DNA of 64,000 nucleotides from an uncultured candidate division Zixibacteria bacterium (GTDB lineage: Bacteria; Zixibacteria; MSB-5A5; RBG-16-43-9). The position numbers were made by a program, and so were the translations under genes. Location: contig OY970208.1 in NCBI GenBank assembly GCA_963713865.1, positions 1,344,001-1,408,000 on the forward strand, given 5' to 3'. This document shows positions 9,749 to 20,093 of this stretch, piece after piece. The first letter of the stretch is position 1. Every line of letters begins with the position of its first letter. Below the pieces are notes generated by a model. It saw nothing but the letters and a program-made list of their open reading frames with translations. It had not been told where the DNA came from and did not search any database.

Positions 9749-10588
9749 TTATCCGATTAAATCTTTGATCTTGTTTATGACCTGATTTATGATCCAGTTA
9801 GGGGTCGATGTCCCGGCAGTAACCCCAATCCTTTTCTTGTCTTTAAACCATCCTTTTTTGAGCTCGGTTGAAGTTTCTATATGATAGGTAGGTTTATCTT
9901 TCTCTTTGCAAAGTTTGGCTAAACGAGAAGTATTGGCAGAGTTTTTCCCGCCAACCACAATCATTAAATCAACATCTTTTGTCATTTCCAGAGTAGCTTT
10001 TTGAACATTGGCTGTGGCATTACATATAGTATTGAATATCTTGATCTCTCTTGATTTTTCTAAGAGCAGACCTACAACTTGTTTAAACGTATCCAGATGT
10101 AAAGTGGTTTGAGCTATCACTCCAATCCTTTTATCTTTAGGGAGATTTAGATTTGTTGTGTCTTGATTTACTACCAGAGCCTCATCTCCAGCATAACCCA
10201 TTATTCCCTGGACTTCAGGATGATGAGCTTCTCCCACCACTATAACCTGATAACCATCTTTATATAATGCCCGGGCATTCTTTTGAGCTCTTCTGACAAA
10301 GGGGCAGGTAGCATCGATGATTTTCAGCCCTTTCTTTTTAGCCTGCCGTATTATGTGAGGATGCGCTCCATGCGAGCGAATTATCAGAGTTCCGGATTTG
10401 AGCTTCACGATATTTTGAACTGGTTGTACTCCTTCTCTTTTCAGCTCCTCCACTACCTGTGGATTGTGGATTAAAGGGCCCAAGGTGTAAACCCTTTTAC
10501 CGCTTTTTTTAGCTTCTTCAAAAGCTAAATTTAAAGCTCTTTTTACTCCAAAACAGAATCCGGCATTTTTCACCACTGATATCTTCAT
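9749..10588 (-). CDS. ispH: 4-hydroxy-3-methylbut-2-enyl diphosphate reductase
   Basis: AGFCFGV, LIHN, DATCPFV, QTT, TICNAT, VTAGTSTP. Confidence 0.96.
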   Translation of the reverse strand: MKISVVKNAGFCFGVKRALNLAFEEAKKSGKRVYTLGPLIHNPQVVEELKREGVQPVQNIVKLKSGTLIIRSHGAHPHIIRQAKKKGLKIIDATCPFVRRAQKNARALYKDGYQVIVVGEAHHPEVQGIMGYAGDEALVVNQDTTNLNLPKDKRIGVIAQTTLHLDTFKQVVGLLLEKSREIKIFNTICNATANVQKATLEMTKDVDLMIVVGGKNSANTSRLAKLCKEKDKPTYHIETSTELKKGWFKDKKRIGVTAGTSTPNWIINQVINKIKDLIG

Positions 10589-10604
10589 CTTTTTAAAACC
10601 ACCT

Positions 10605-11213
10605 TTACAAAGTCTCCTTCAAAGCTTTTATCCTTTGCATTATTTCCCGGGTAATCCTCTGGTATCCTTCTTTGTTTTCAGGGATTGGAGAAAGCGAGTC
10701 CGGGTCAAAAGGAGAACCGAACTTGATTATAATCTTTCTTCTCTGCAAAAAGGATTTCAGCCAATTTCTGGAATAATCCAGATAGGCAGGCACAATCGGC
10801 ACCTTTGCTTCTAAGGCAAGTTTAGCCACGCCCAATTTAAGCTCCTTCAAGTTTCCATCTACACTCCTGGTTCCTTCTGGAAAAACTAACAAGGCTTTTC
10901 CTGCTCGGAGTATCTCAGCCGCTTTATGTAATCCCTTTCTATCGAAACTCCCCCGAGAAATCGGGATAGAATTTACCTTCTTTAATAGCCAGCCGAGCAA
11001 AGGTTTTTTAAACAGTTCTATTTTTGCCAGATAATAAAGCTCTCTGGGACTGGTACAACCGATTAAAAAAGGGTCATACAGGTCTATATGGTTAGAAGCA
11101 ATCAGGACTCCTCCTTTTAAGGGGATATACTCTCTCCCCTGTTTTTCCCATCCACGTAAAACCTTCATGGTCAAGTTAATCAGAGCCCTGACCACTCGGT
11201 AATGAAATTTCAT
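10605..11213 (-). CDS. plsC: 1-acyl-sn-glycerol-3-phosphate acyltransferase
   Basis: NHxxxxD and FPEGTRS motifs. Confidence 0.9.
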   Translation of the reverse strand: MKFHYRVVRALINLTMKVLRGWEKQGREYIPLKGGVLIASNHIDLYDPFLIGCTSPRELYYLAKIELFKKPLLGWLLKKVNSIPISRGSFDRKGLHKAAEILRAGKALLVFPEGTRSVDGNLKELKLGVAKLALEAKVPIVPAYLDYSRNWLKSFLQRRKIIIKFGSPFDPDSLSPIPENKEGYQRITREIMQRIKALKETL

Positions 11214-11883
11214 TCTTTTTCCTCAACTCATATAGCTGGATAACCTTATCCACCTGTTCCTCGATAGACAGGTTAGTGGTATCGACTATAACAGCTTCTT
11301 TGTCTTTTTTCAAAGGGCTATTCTCCCTTTCGGAATCGATTTTATCCCTTTTGGATAGTTCTTTAATCTGTTCTTCAATAGAGGTATTGATTCCTTTATC
11401 TTTAAGTTCCAGCATTCTCCTTTTAGCTCTTTCCTGCAGGTTGCAGTCTAAATAAACTTTTAAACTTGCTTCTGGAAATACAACTGTGGTCGTGTCCCTG
11501 CCCTCCGTCACTAAATTATGCTTTTTACCCAGCTCTTTTTGTTTGGCTACCAGTGCGATTCTAACTTCCTTATGCACGGAGACCTTAGACACAATCTGGT
11601 TGACCTTTGGTTCACGGATCAACCCGGTAACATCCTCTCCATCCAGCAGCACTTTATTGACTCCATTCTCTTCTACCAGGTCAAGCTTTGAATTCCTGGC
11701 GAACTGACTCAGTTTTTTCTCATCCGGTGGATTTATTTTGTTCCTTAGAGCTTTCAGGGCAATGGCTCGATACATTGCTCCGGTATCTAAATAGATAAAG
11801 CCTAATTTTTTAGCAACCAATTTTGCAGTGGTGCTTTTCCCTGAACCGGCTGGGCCATCTATGGCTATTATCTCTTTTTTCAT
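11176..11883 (-). CDS. cmk: Cytidylate kinase
   Basis: IAIDGPAGSGKST, DTGAMYR, EGRD. Confidence 0.96.
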   Translation of the reverse strand: MKKEIIAIDGPAGSGKSTTAKLVAKKLGFIYLDTGAMYRAIALKALRNKINPPDEKKLSQFARNSKLDLVEENGVNKVLLDGEDVTGLIREPKVNQIVSKVSVHKEVRIALVAKQKELGKKHNLVTEGRDTTTVVFPEASLKVYLDCNLQERAKRRMLELKDKGINTSIEEQIKELSKRDKIDSERENSPLKKDKEAVIVDTTNLSIEEQVDKVIQLYELRKKNEISLPSGQGSD

Positions 11884-11964
11884 CTGCAAAAGAAAACGCC
11901 CGTCTGATTTTGCTTCACACCAAGAAAACCCTGTCTTATACTTAAGAATTTAATGGGCGTTGCC

Positions 11965-12621
11965 TTAAAGTTCTTCTTTTATCCCTTCAGAGGGGAGGTT
12001 TATGGCTAAACTCCCTTCCAAGTTCAATTCCTTTATCCTTTCCTCTTTCTCCTCTGTTGAAAAGATAGAATTCTCTTTTTTCTCTTTCGCCTGAAGCAAG
12101 GACTCAAGCTCCTCTATCCGGGGCAGGTCTTTTAAATCTTTCAATCCGAAATAGATTAAAAACTCCTCAGTAGTCCCATAGATTAAAGGGCGCCCTACGC
12201 TTTCATCCCGTCCCAGGATAGTTATGAATTTTCTCTCCAGCAGGGTATGAATCACTCCACCGGAATCCACTCCCCTTATCTGGTCTATGGTCGATTTGAC
12301 CACTGGCTGGCGATAGGCAATTATAGCCAGAGTCTCGAGCCCTGCATGAGAAAGCCTCTGGGCTTTTTTCAAAGAATAAAGCTGGTTTATCCAGGGAGCA
12401 TATTCCGACCGGGTATACATCTGATACCCCCCGGCTATTTCCCGGATAGCAAAGCTCTGATTATTTTCCTGGTATCTCCTATTCAGCTCCTCAATCAGCT
12501 CTTTTATTCTATCATCTGGAAGCTCATTCAGGACCGCTTTCAGTTTGTTTAGGGATAGGGGAGTATCAGAGGCAAAAAGCAGAGCCTCGATGATTGAGGG
12601 GTAATTTGATTCCTTTAACAA
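11965..12621 (-). CDS. scpB: SMC-Scp complex subunit ScpB
   Basis: IIEALLF, LETLAIIAYRQP, IRGVDS, GRPLIYGTT. Confidence 0.95.
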   Translation of the reverse strand: MLKESNYPSIIEALLFASDTPLSLNKLKAVLNELPDDRIKELIEELNRRYQENNQSFAIREIAGGYQMYTRSEYAPWINQLYSLKKAQRLSHAGLETLAIIAYRQPVVKSTIDQIRGVDSGGVIHTLLERKFITILGRDESVGRPLIYGTTEEFLIYFGLKDLKDLPRIEELESLLQAKEKKENSIFSTEEKEERIKELNLEGSLAINLPSEGIKEEL

Positions 12622-12624
12622 TTT

Positions 12625-13377
12625 TCACCCTTTTTTGTTTCTATAGATTAATATCCTGGAGAAATGTCTCCTCTGAACTATTTTTATTTCCTGTAGCCGA
12701 ACTAACTCCAGCAGAGCCATAAAGGTTACCACTAAAATCAAGCGAATAGGATTATCCTGAAACAACTCCTCAAAACTGACCTTTTCCCTTTCTGAGAGAT
12801 AATCCAGGATATACTGAATCCTCTGTTCCAGATCAACCTTTTGAAAGTTGATAGTATGAGAACTTTCCCGGGGCAGGTTGTCCAGGACTTTTTTGAAAGC
12901 GGTAAGAAGGTCGAAAAGGTCTGCTTCCTTTAAAAATTCTATTTTATTTTCCACTTCTAAATAAGAGAAATCTGAGCGAGGATAAAAAACCTGTTCCTCT
13001 TCCTCTTTTCTATGGAGAAGTTCAGCCGCTTCTTTATATTTTTTGTACTCCAGTAGAGCATTTACCAGCTCATCCCTCGGGTCTTCCTCTTCAATTTCGT
13101 TTTCCTCACGAGGGAGAAGCATTTTAATCTTTATACGGATGAGGGTGGAGGCCATAAGGATAAACTCGCTGGCTAAATCCAAGTCAAGCTTTTTTATCAG
13201 TTCGATATATTCCAGGTATTGCCGGGTGATCAAAGCAATAGGAATATCGTAAATATCTATCTTATCCTTCCTTATCAGGAAAAGAAGCAGGTCTAAAGGT
13301 CCTTCAAAGATTTCTAATTTTACGGGGAAGGAAACTTTTTTTTCAATCTGGGCTTCAACTTCCTGCGGGAAAATCAT
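12625..13377 (-). CDS. scpA: Segregation and condensation protein A
   Basis: FEGPLDLLL, IDIYDIPI, TFMALLEL. Confidence 0.95.
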   Translation of the reverse strand: MIFPQEVEAQIEKKVSFPVKLEIFEGPLDLLLFLIRKDKIDIYDIPIALITRQYLEYIELIKKLDLDLASEFILMASTLIRIKIKMLLPREENEIEEEDPRDELVNALLEYKKYKEAAELLHRKEEEEQVFYPRSDFSYLEVENKIEFLKEADLFDLLTAFKKVLDNLPRESSHTINFQKVDLEQRIQYILDYLSEREKVSFEELFQDNPIRLILVVTFMALLELVRLQEIKIVQRRHFSRILIYRNKKG

Positions 13378-14345
13378 GGCATCAACCTCATAGCTTTCCT
13401 TACGTCCTTCATAGTTTTCTGGGCTTTAGCTCTTGCCTTTTCAGCCCCTTCTCTTAAAACTTTTAAAATCGTTTCCGGATCATTTTCCAGCTCATTCCTT
13501 TTTTCCCGCACAGGTTGCAGTTTTTGATTCATATTCTTAGCCAGGTTCTTTTTATCCTCAACACAGCCTAATTTGCCAGTAGAACAGAGGGTGTGTATTT
13601 CCTGATAGTTCTCGCTATAGATTTTATGCAGGTGATAGACCGGGCATAGATCTGGTCTGCCGGGATCGTTTTTGTGAATCTTCTGAGGATCGGTGAACAT
13701 TTTGGAGACTTTCTTGGTTGTTTCTTCAGCGGTATCAGCTATGGCGATATCATTGTTATAGGATTTGCTCATCTTCCTTCCATCTATTCCCGGAATAAGA
13801 GGGAATTTAGTCAGTAACGCCTCCGGCTCCGGGAAAACCTCACCGTAAAGCGAGTTGAATTTCCGGGCAACTTCTCGGGTAAGCTCAATATGAGGCAACT
13901 GGTCTTTTCCAACCGGGACACAATCGGCTTTATAAACTAAAATATCTGCAGCCTGGAGCAGAGGGTATCCTAAAAATCCGTAGCTATCCAAACCCAGCTC
14001 TTTTCTTTTCTCTTTATAAGAAGGGACCCGGGCCAAGCGGGCAACCGGGGTAATCATAGAGAAAAGAAGATGCAATTCCGCATGCTCTTTGACCTGTGAT
14101 TGAACGAAGATAGCACATATCTCCGGATCTAATCCGGCTGAGAGGTAATCCAAGGTTACCTCTTTTATCTGTTCCTGCAAATGTGAGGTATCGTTATAAT
14201 CCGAGGTTAAAGAATGCCAGTCAACAATACAGCAATACATCTGGTAATCGTTTTGTAAAGCGACCCAGTTTTTAAGAGCGCCTTCCAAATTACCCAGATG
14301 CAACCTTCCGGTTGGCTGCATCCCGCTTAGTATGGTCTTTTTCAT
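13374..14345 (-). CDS. trpS: Tryptophan--tRNA ligase
   Basis: SGMQPTGRLHLGN, YPLLQAAD, VPVGKDQ, KMSKS. Confidence 0.97.
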   Translation of the reverse strand: MKKTILSGMQPTGRLHLGNLEGALKNWVALQNDYQMYCCIVDWHSLTSDYNDTSHLQEQIKEVTLDYLSAGLDPEICAIFVQSQVKEHAELHLLFSMITPVARLARVPSYKEKRKELGLDSYGFLGYPLLQAADILVYKADCVPVGKDQLPHIELTREVARKFNSLYGEVFPEPEALLTKFPLIPGIDGRKMSKSYNNDIAIADTAEETTKKVSKMFTDPQKIHKNDPGRPDLCPVYHLHKIYSENYQEIHTLCSTGKLGCVEDKKNLAKNMNQKLQPVREKRNELENDPETILKVLREGAEKARAKAQKTMKDVRKAMRLMP

Positions 14346-14368
14346 TTTTTCCTTTCAGATCCTATTAT

Positions 14369-14881
14369 CTAATCCAGAAAAAGATATTGTTTCCAGCGGT
14401 CGTCAGAGATGCCGATAAATCGCTGGAGAAAGGTTATATGATTAGGGCTTTTGGGCTTGCGCAAAAGCTTTAACCCGGCCTGCTCCGGGGTTTGATTCCC
14501 TTTGATATTATTGCATTTAATACAGGCACAAACTAAATTCTCCCAGGTATCTTTACCTCCGAAAATCTTGGGTATAACGTGATCCACGGTCATAGGGAGG
14601 TGAGTCTCTCCGCAGTATTGACAGCGATGCCCATCCCGTTTGATGATGTTTTTTCTGGAAAGCAAGACTCTTTTGGGCGGGACTTTGATATAGAATCCCA
14701 AACGCACCACGCTGGGAATGGGTATGGACAAAGTTACCGAGCGAATCGTCTCCCCATCGTTTTTCTCGATCATCTCCGCTTTGCCTAAAAAAATCATCAC
14801 CACTGCCCTTTTCACGCTGCAAACCGAGAGGGGCTCATAATTTTGATTTAAAACCAATACGTTTCCTGAAAGCCTGCTCAT
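14369..14881 (-). CDS. HNH endonuclease family protein
   Basis: VLVLNQNYEPL, RDGHRCQYCG, TVDHVIP, WENLVCACIKCN. Confidence 0.92.
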   Translation of the reverse strand: MSRLSGNVLVLNQNYEPLSVCSVKRAVVMIFLGKAEMIEKNDGETIRSVTLSIPIPSVVRLGFYIKVPPKRVLLSRKNIIKRDGHRCQYCGETHLPMTVDHVIPKIFGGKDTWENLVCACIKCNNIKGNQTPEQAGLKLLRKPKSPNHITFLQRFIGISDDRWKQYLFLD

Positions 14882-14970
14882 ATGCTAAAAACACCTTCCT
14901 ACCGCTATATTTTTTATTAATTTATATCTTTTTTTGGGGATGTCAAATAATTTTTTCAAATATGACACCA

Positions 14971-15201
14971 GTAGCGGAGGTTTTCAGACCTCCATATGGT
15001 AAGACGTGAGATGGAAGATGTAAGATGATAAAAATGTAGTCGATAAAACCTTACGATAGATAAGGTGTCAACCAGTGCTTTGCACATGGTTGACCTACAA
15101 AATAGGACTGGATGTTGGTCTCCAAACCAGCATCCTGACTTTTAGTGGGTAGAACATCAAAATAATGGACAGAATCCGCCTGAGGCGGATTCTGTCCCTA
15201 C
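14971..15201. repeat. REP-like palindrome cluster in the divergent HNH/secA intergenic region
   Basis: gtagcggaggt..acctcc, gtcaacca..tggttgacctac, ggatgttgg..ccagcatcc, ggacagaatccgcc..ggcggattctgtccctac (inverse of 543-577). Confidence 0.75.
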
Positions 15202-15299
15202 CAGAAATCCCCTTCTTTTTTTCTTGCTTACCCCAATCGTTTTTGATATTTTGAAAAAGTTCCGTATTCTATTAAGGAAATTTTGAGGAGCGGTTTTAA

Positions 15300-18200
15300 A
15301 TGTCTGAAAATATAATAACCAAAATCTTCGGCTCCAAACACGAGCGGGATATAAAGAAGATCAAGCCGATAGTTGAAGAGATAAATTCTAATTTCGAGGG
15401 GTATGTATCTCTTTCAGACGAGGAACTCAAAGGTAAAACCGGGGAGTTCAAGCAGAGGATAAAGGAGTATTTAGAGCCTTACCAAACTGAAGGAACCCCG
15501 GCTGATGAATTGAAGAAGGCTGAACAGGAGATTTTAGACCAGGTTCTGCCTGAGGCTTTTGCAGTGGTTAAAGAGACCTGCAAAAGGCTGGTGGGGAAAA
15601 AGTGGGAGGTCTGCGGCATCGAGATCGATTGGGATATGGTCCCCTTTGACGTGCAGTTGATCGGAGCAGTAGTCCTGCATCAGGGTAAGATTTCCGAGAT
15701 GGCAACCGGTGAAGGGAAAACATTAGTTGCCACTATGCCTATTTATCTTAATGCTCTCTCAGGTAAAGGGGTTCATTTAGTCACGGTGAACGATTATCTG
15801 GCAAAAAGGGATTCCCAGTGGATGGGAGAAATCTACAAATTTTTAGGTCTGACTGTAGGGTGTATTCAGAATGAGATGGACAATGCGGAAAGAAAAATCC
15901 AGTATAACTGCGATATCACTTACGGGACCAATAATGAATTCGGGTTCGATTATCTAAGGGATAATATGGCCATCAGGGCGGAGGACCGGGTGCAAAGAGG
16001 TTTTTACTATGCCATCGTGGATGAGGTGGACAGCGTTTTAGTCGATGAAGCCAGAACTCCACTGATTATCTCCGGGCCGGTTACTTCCTCCACTCAGAGA
16101 TATAATGAGATGAAGCCTCTGGTGGACCAACTGGTTAAAAAGCAGACGGTTTTAGTTAATAAATTAGTAGCTGAAGGGGAGGAGCTTCTTAAAGAGGGGA
16201 AAGAATATGAAGCCGGGATAAAGCTTTTGACTGCTCAGAGGGGTGCTCCCAAGAACAAAAAGCTGATGAAGCTATTAAAAGAGACCGGGGTAAAAAAAAT
16301 GATCACCGGTGTGGAACTGGACTTTATGCGGGAGAAAAAACTTAGCGAGATAGACGATCTTCTCTACTTTTCCATAGATGAGAGGGAGAGTTCCACCAAC
16401 TTAAATGAGATGGGTCGCTCTCTTCTTTCCCCGCAGGAACAGGCTCTTTTTGTTATCCCGGATATAACTGAAGGGATTCACGAGATAGATTCTAATCCTG
16501 ATCTTTCCTTTCAGGAGAAAATAGAGAAGAAGGAAGAGCTTTACAGATTGCATGCAGAAAGAAGCGAGAAGGTTCATAATATCTCCCAGATTTTAAAAGC
16601 TTATTCTCTATTTGAGAGGGACGTGGAATACGTGGTTCAGGATGGAAAAGTATTAATCGTGGATGAGTTCACTGGCAGGCTTATGCCGGGAAGAAGGTAT
16701 TCGGATGGTTTACATCAGGCCATTGAAGCCAAAGAAGGGGTGAAGGTTGAAGGTGAAACCCAGACTTTAGCTACCATAACCCTGCAGAACTATTTCCGGC
16801 TTTATCAGAAATTAGCCGGTATGACCGGCACTGCGGTAACTGAAGCAGGAGAGTTCTGGGAAATCTATAAATTAGACGTAGTGGTTATCCCTACTAACGA
16901 GCCGGTCAGGAGGATAGATTATAATGACGTGGTCTACCGGACTAAAAGAGAGAAGTATAATGCCATTATTGAGGAGATAAAAGAATATCACCAGGCCGGA
17001 CTTCCGATCTTAGTCGGTACGGTTTCAGTAGATGTCTCAGAGACTTTATCCCGGGTGCTGAAAAGGGAGGGGATAAAACATTCGGTCCTGAATGCCAAGT
17101 ATCACCAGCAGGAGGCGGAGATCGTATCTCAGGCTGGTAAATCCGGGACGGTTACCATTGCCACCAATATGGCGGGAAGAGGGACAGATATAAAATTAGG
17201 TCAAGATGTGGTAAAATCACCGTATTGTAGATTAATAGCAGAAAACCCTGAGGGTCAATGTCCTCATTTAGAGGAGTTGAAATGTTACGAGAATGTTCCC
17301 TGCGGTCTGCATATCCTCGGAACGGAAAGGCACGAAGCTCGTAGGATAGATCGGCAGTTAAGAGGCAGAAGCGGCAGGCAGGGGGATCCGGGTTCATCCA
17401 GATTTTATCTTTCATTGGAAGATGACCTGATGAGACTTTTTGGCTCGGATAGAATAGCCGCGGTTATGGATAGATTAGGAGTAAAAGATGGGGAGGTTAT
17501 CCAGCACGGAATGGTGACTAAAGCCATAGAGAGGGCACAGAAAAGAGTAGAGGCACAGAACTTTGCCATCCGAAAACATCTTTTGGAATATGATAACGTG
17601 ATGAACCAGCAGAGGGAGGTTATTTACGACCGCAGGGCAGTCGCATTAGAAGGCGCAGATTTGAAAGAGGAGGTTCTGGGTCTAATCGAGAAGGTGGTGG
17701 AAAGCAAAGTTAATCAATTTACCGGTTCAAACGAATATCCGGAGAACTGGAATCTGACTGGTCTCAGGGAAGAGCTCAGGAAGATATTTTTACTGGAGCT
17801 TAAGTTCAAGGATGAGGATATTCCTAAATTAACTCAAAATGAATTAAAGGAAAAGATAACTTCTGTGGTGAAGGAGATTTACGAGAATAAGGAGAAGGCT
17901 TATAGCTCTGAGATAATGAGGCAGTTGGAGAGATTTGCTATGCTTCAGGCAATAGACGAGAGCTGGAAAGAACATTTATATGAACTGGATATGTTGAAAA
18001 CCGGAATAGGATTGAGAGCTTATGGTCAAAAGGACCCTCTTTTAGAATACAAGAAAGAAGCCTTCCAGATGTTTGCGGAGATGGTGGACAGGGTAGATGA
18101 AGAGGCTTTATCTTTAATTTATAAATTACAGGTCAGGGAAAAAGAAGAGCAGGCCAGAAGAAGAGAGCCGGAAAAAAGGCTGCAGGCGATTCATCAGGAA

Positions 18201-18350
18201 GCAGCAGGGATGGGTTATTCCACTACCAACCAGGCAGAAGAGGTAGCTCCGGGTAAGTCCAAACCGGTAAAAGTTGGACAAAAAGTAGGCAGAAACGACC
18301 CCTGCCCCTGCGGGTCCGGGAAGAAGTATAAGAAGTGCTGTGGAGCGTGA
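15300..18350 (+). CDS. secA: Preprotein translocase ATPase SecA
   Basis: MATGEGKT, DEVDS, ATNMAGRGTDI, GRSGRQGDPG, C-terminal GRNDPCPCGSGKKYKKCCG. Confidence 0.98.
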   Translation: MSENIITKIFGSKHERDIKKIKPIVEEINSNFEGYVSLSDEELKGKTGEFKQRIKEYLEPYQTEGTPADELKKAEQEILDQVLPEAFAVVKETCKRLVGKKWEVCGIEIDWDMVPFDVQLIGAVVLHQGKISEMATGEGKTLVATMPIYLNALSGKGVHLVTVNDYLAKRDSQWMGEIYKFLGLTVGCIQNEMDNAERKIQYNCDITYGTNNEFGFDYLRDNMAIRAEDRVQRGFYYAIVDEVDSVLVDEARTPLIISGPVTSSTQRYNEMKPLVDQLVKKQTVLVNKLVAEGEELLKEGKEYEAGIKLLTAQRGAPKNKKLMKLLKETGVKKMITGVELDFMREKKLSEIDDLLYFSIDERESSTNLNEMGRSLLSPQEQALFVIPDITEGIHEIDSNPDLSFQEKIEKKEELYRLHAERSEKVHNISQILKAYSLFERDVEYVVQDGKVLIVDEFTGRLMPGRRYSDGLHQAIEAKEGVKVEGETQTLATITLQNYFRLYQKLAGMTGTAVTEAGEFWEIYKLDVVVIPTNEPVRRIDYNDVVYRTKREKYNAIIEEIKEYHQAGLPILVGTVSVDVSETLSRVLKREGIKHSVLNAKYHQQEAEIVSQAGKSGTVTIATNMAGRGTDIKLGQDVVKSPYCRLIAENPEGQCPHLEELKCYENVPCGLHILGTERHEARRIDRQLRGRSGRQGDPGSSRFYLSLEDDLMRLFGSDRIAAVMDRLGVKDGEVIQHGMVTKAIERAQKRVEAQNFAIRKHLLEYDNVMNQQREVIYDRRAVALEGADLKEEVLGLIEKVVESKVNQFTGSNEYPENWNLTGLREELRKIFLLELKFKDEDIPKLTQNELKEKITSVVKEIYENKEKAYSSEIMRQLERFAMLQAIDESWKEHLYELDMLKTGIGLRAYGQKDPLLEYKKEAFQMFAEMVDRVDEEALSLIYKLQVREKEEQARRREPEKRLQAIHQEAAGMGYSTTNQAEEVAPGKSKPVKVGQKVGRNDPCPCGSGKKYKKCCGA

Positions 18351-18426
18351 AAACAGTGATTAGATTTGAAAAAACGGAGTGCATTAGCTTGTCGAATTTG
18401 ACCTTGAGGCTGATGCTTTTTCAAAA

Positions 18427-18690
18427 ACGCAAGAGCAAGCTCTTGCACTACAGCTTAGTGGTTAGTTGTAGCGTCCGCAGGATGATGTAGAGAAAATGGT
18501 AGACCCACGTTGCCCACAACGTGGGTTAGCCCACCTTGAGGGCGAGGTGGGGATACCAGATTATGTAGCGTCGGGCTTTACACCCGACGAGGTTTTGGTC
18601 GTAGCGTCCGACGATTCTGTCGGACGAATGTAGCGCGACCCTTTCAGGGTCGGAAAAAATGTAGGGATAACTCTTTGTGGTTGTCCATAC
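18427..18690. repeat. Dense GTAG REP-like cluster downstream of secA
   Basis: At least 7 palindromes starting GTAG or ending CTAC, e.g. 18499-18556, 18565-18589, 18601-18626, 18630-18652. Confidence 0.85.
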
Positions 18691-18736
18691 TTAAAAGTGC
18701 CTTATAGGCACTTGAGATTTTTGAGAAAGAGAAATC

Positions 18737-19165
18737 ATGAGTTTATTGGATAAACTAAAATTTAATCTTTGGGATGATGCAGATGCTATTGTTGGCCTAA
18801 TCTCTAAGTGGCAACCAAAGAACTGCAAAACAGAGAAAGACTTTGAGAAGTCCCTTTATGATTACCTGCATCGGGAGCTTGGGAATCTTCAGATTACCAG
18901 GCAAAATGCTCGTGGAAGAATTCGCGCCGATCTTGTGGTAGCTGATAAGGTCATCATTGAGCTAAAAACAAATCTCGATACGACATCCAAACTTCAACGC
19001 CTAATTGGTCAACTTAATGGTTATGAAAGCTGGGAAGGTAGGGTCATAGTCCTTCTTACCGGGAAAACAGACCCTAATCTTAGAAAGGAGCTTGATCGCT
19101 TCGTGAAGAAATACGAACCAGTCTTTCCTACTGAACCAATGAGGTTTGTTGTTGCTCAAAAGTAA
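18737..19165 (+). CDS. Hypothetical protein with PD-(D/E)XK nuclease-like motif
   Basis: E..L...L then ADLVVADKVIIELK and QLxGY pattern. Confidence 0.6.
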   Translation: MSLLDKLKFNLWDDADAIVGLISKWQPKNCKTEKDFEKSLYDYLHRELGNLQITRQNARGRIRADLVVADKVIIELKTNLDTTSKLQRLIGQLNGYESWEGRVIVLLTGKTDPNLRKELDRFVKKYEPVFPTEPMRFVVAQK

Positions 19166-19305
19166 CCTTTTTGGCTGAGGTGGTTTCCATTGAATGAGCT
19201 AACCCACAGCCTGCCAGTATGGATTGCCTATAACGTGGGTTGTATAATATTCCTCCTTGAGGGCAAGGTGGGTATACGAAATAATTTAATAATAGGTAGT
19301 GTAAG

Positions 19306-19890
19306 ATGGAGAAATTGGATGTTGTCCTTGCAGAATATAAAGCTTTAATGGATGAAATTAGGAATAGGTTTAGTCTTCAGCTTCAAGTCTACTCGATCTA
19401 TGCTTCAGCTTTATTGCTTTTCTACGGAATAATAGTCACGCAAAGAGCCTATGACCTAATAATGGCTATACCAATTTTTTCACTTGGTTTATTACTCAGA
19501 GTGCTCTGGGAGCAAGTAGTTATCAGAGAAATAAGTCAATATATACGTAATGTCATAGAAGAAAACAAAATTCCGGTGCTGGTTGGGGAAATAAATATAG
19601 AACACAAAGAAATAAATAAAAATGACGAGCTTGACTACACGAATCTATGGATAGGATGGCAACAGTACTGGAAGGCAACTTCACATCCAAAATACTATAA
19701 ACACTCTTTAATTATATTATTTCCTCTATTTTCGATTGTCCCGTCACTTTTATATAATATTTACAGTATTCTTGCACCTTGGCTAGATTTACGAATAGTT
19801 ACAAGACTTCCCATGGGAATTCTGGTGTCTCTTTTAATTATTAATTTCTCACTAGGTTGTTATATGAGTTATAAGATTATTAAGATGTGA
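19306..19890 (+). CDS. Hypothetical AT-rich membrane protein (about 4 TM)
   Basis: 194-aa ORF with hydrophobic segments. Confidence 0.65.
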   Translation: MEKLDVVLAEYKALMDEIRNRFSLQLQVYSIYASALLLFYGIIVTQRAYDLIMAIPIFSLGLLLRVLWEQVVIREISQYIRNVIEENKIPVLVGEINIEHKEINKNDELDYTNLWIGWQQYWKATSHPKYYKHSLIILFPLFSIVPSLLYNIYSILAPWLDLRIVTRLPMGILVSLLIINFSLGCYMSYKIIKM

Positions 19891-19904
19891 TCATTTTTCA
19901 TGTG

Positions 19905-20061
19905 CTGTTAGGTGTTACCACCTGACAGCCTTATAGATTCATTTGGTGTCAGGAGGTAACTCCTGACACCAGAGTAGCACAAAAAAGGATATTTTAACGT
20001 GTCCGCCAGGTCCCCTGACCTGGCGGGAGTTCTCTGTCGGGTCAGGGGACCCGACAGGCAC
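19905..20061. repeat. Four hairpin repeats of a second REP-like family
   Basis: ctgttaggtg..cacctgacag, ggtgtcaggag..ctcctgacacc, ccgccaggtc..gacctggcgg, ctgtcgggtc..gacccgacag; the last recurs near 57377. Confidence 0.75.
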
Positions 20062-20093
20062 TCAATAGACAAGATTGTTTTGGAGTTTAAAAA

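Noticed and set aside
14369-14881. HNH as homing endonuclease or the REP mobiliser
   Set aside because: Common stand-alone HNH family heading a housekeeping operon; no intron/intein context and no HUH/Y1 motif
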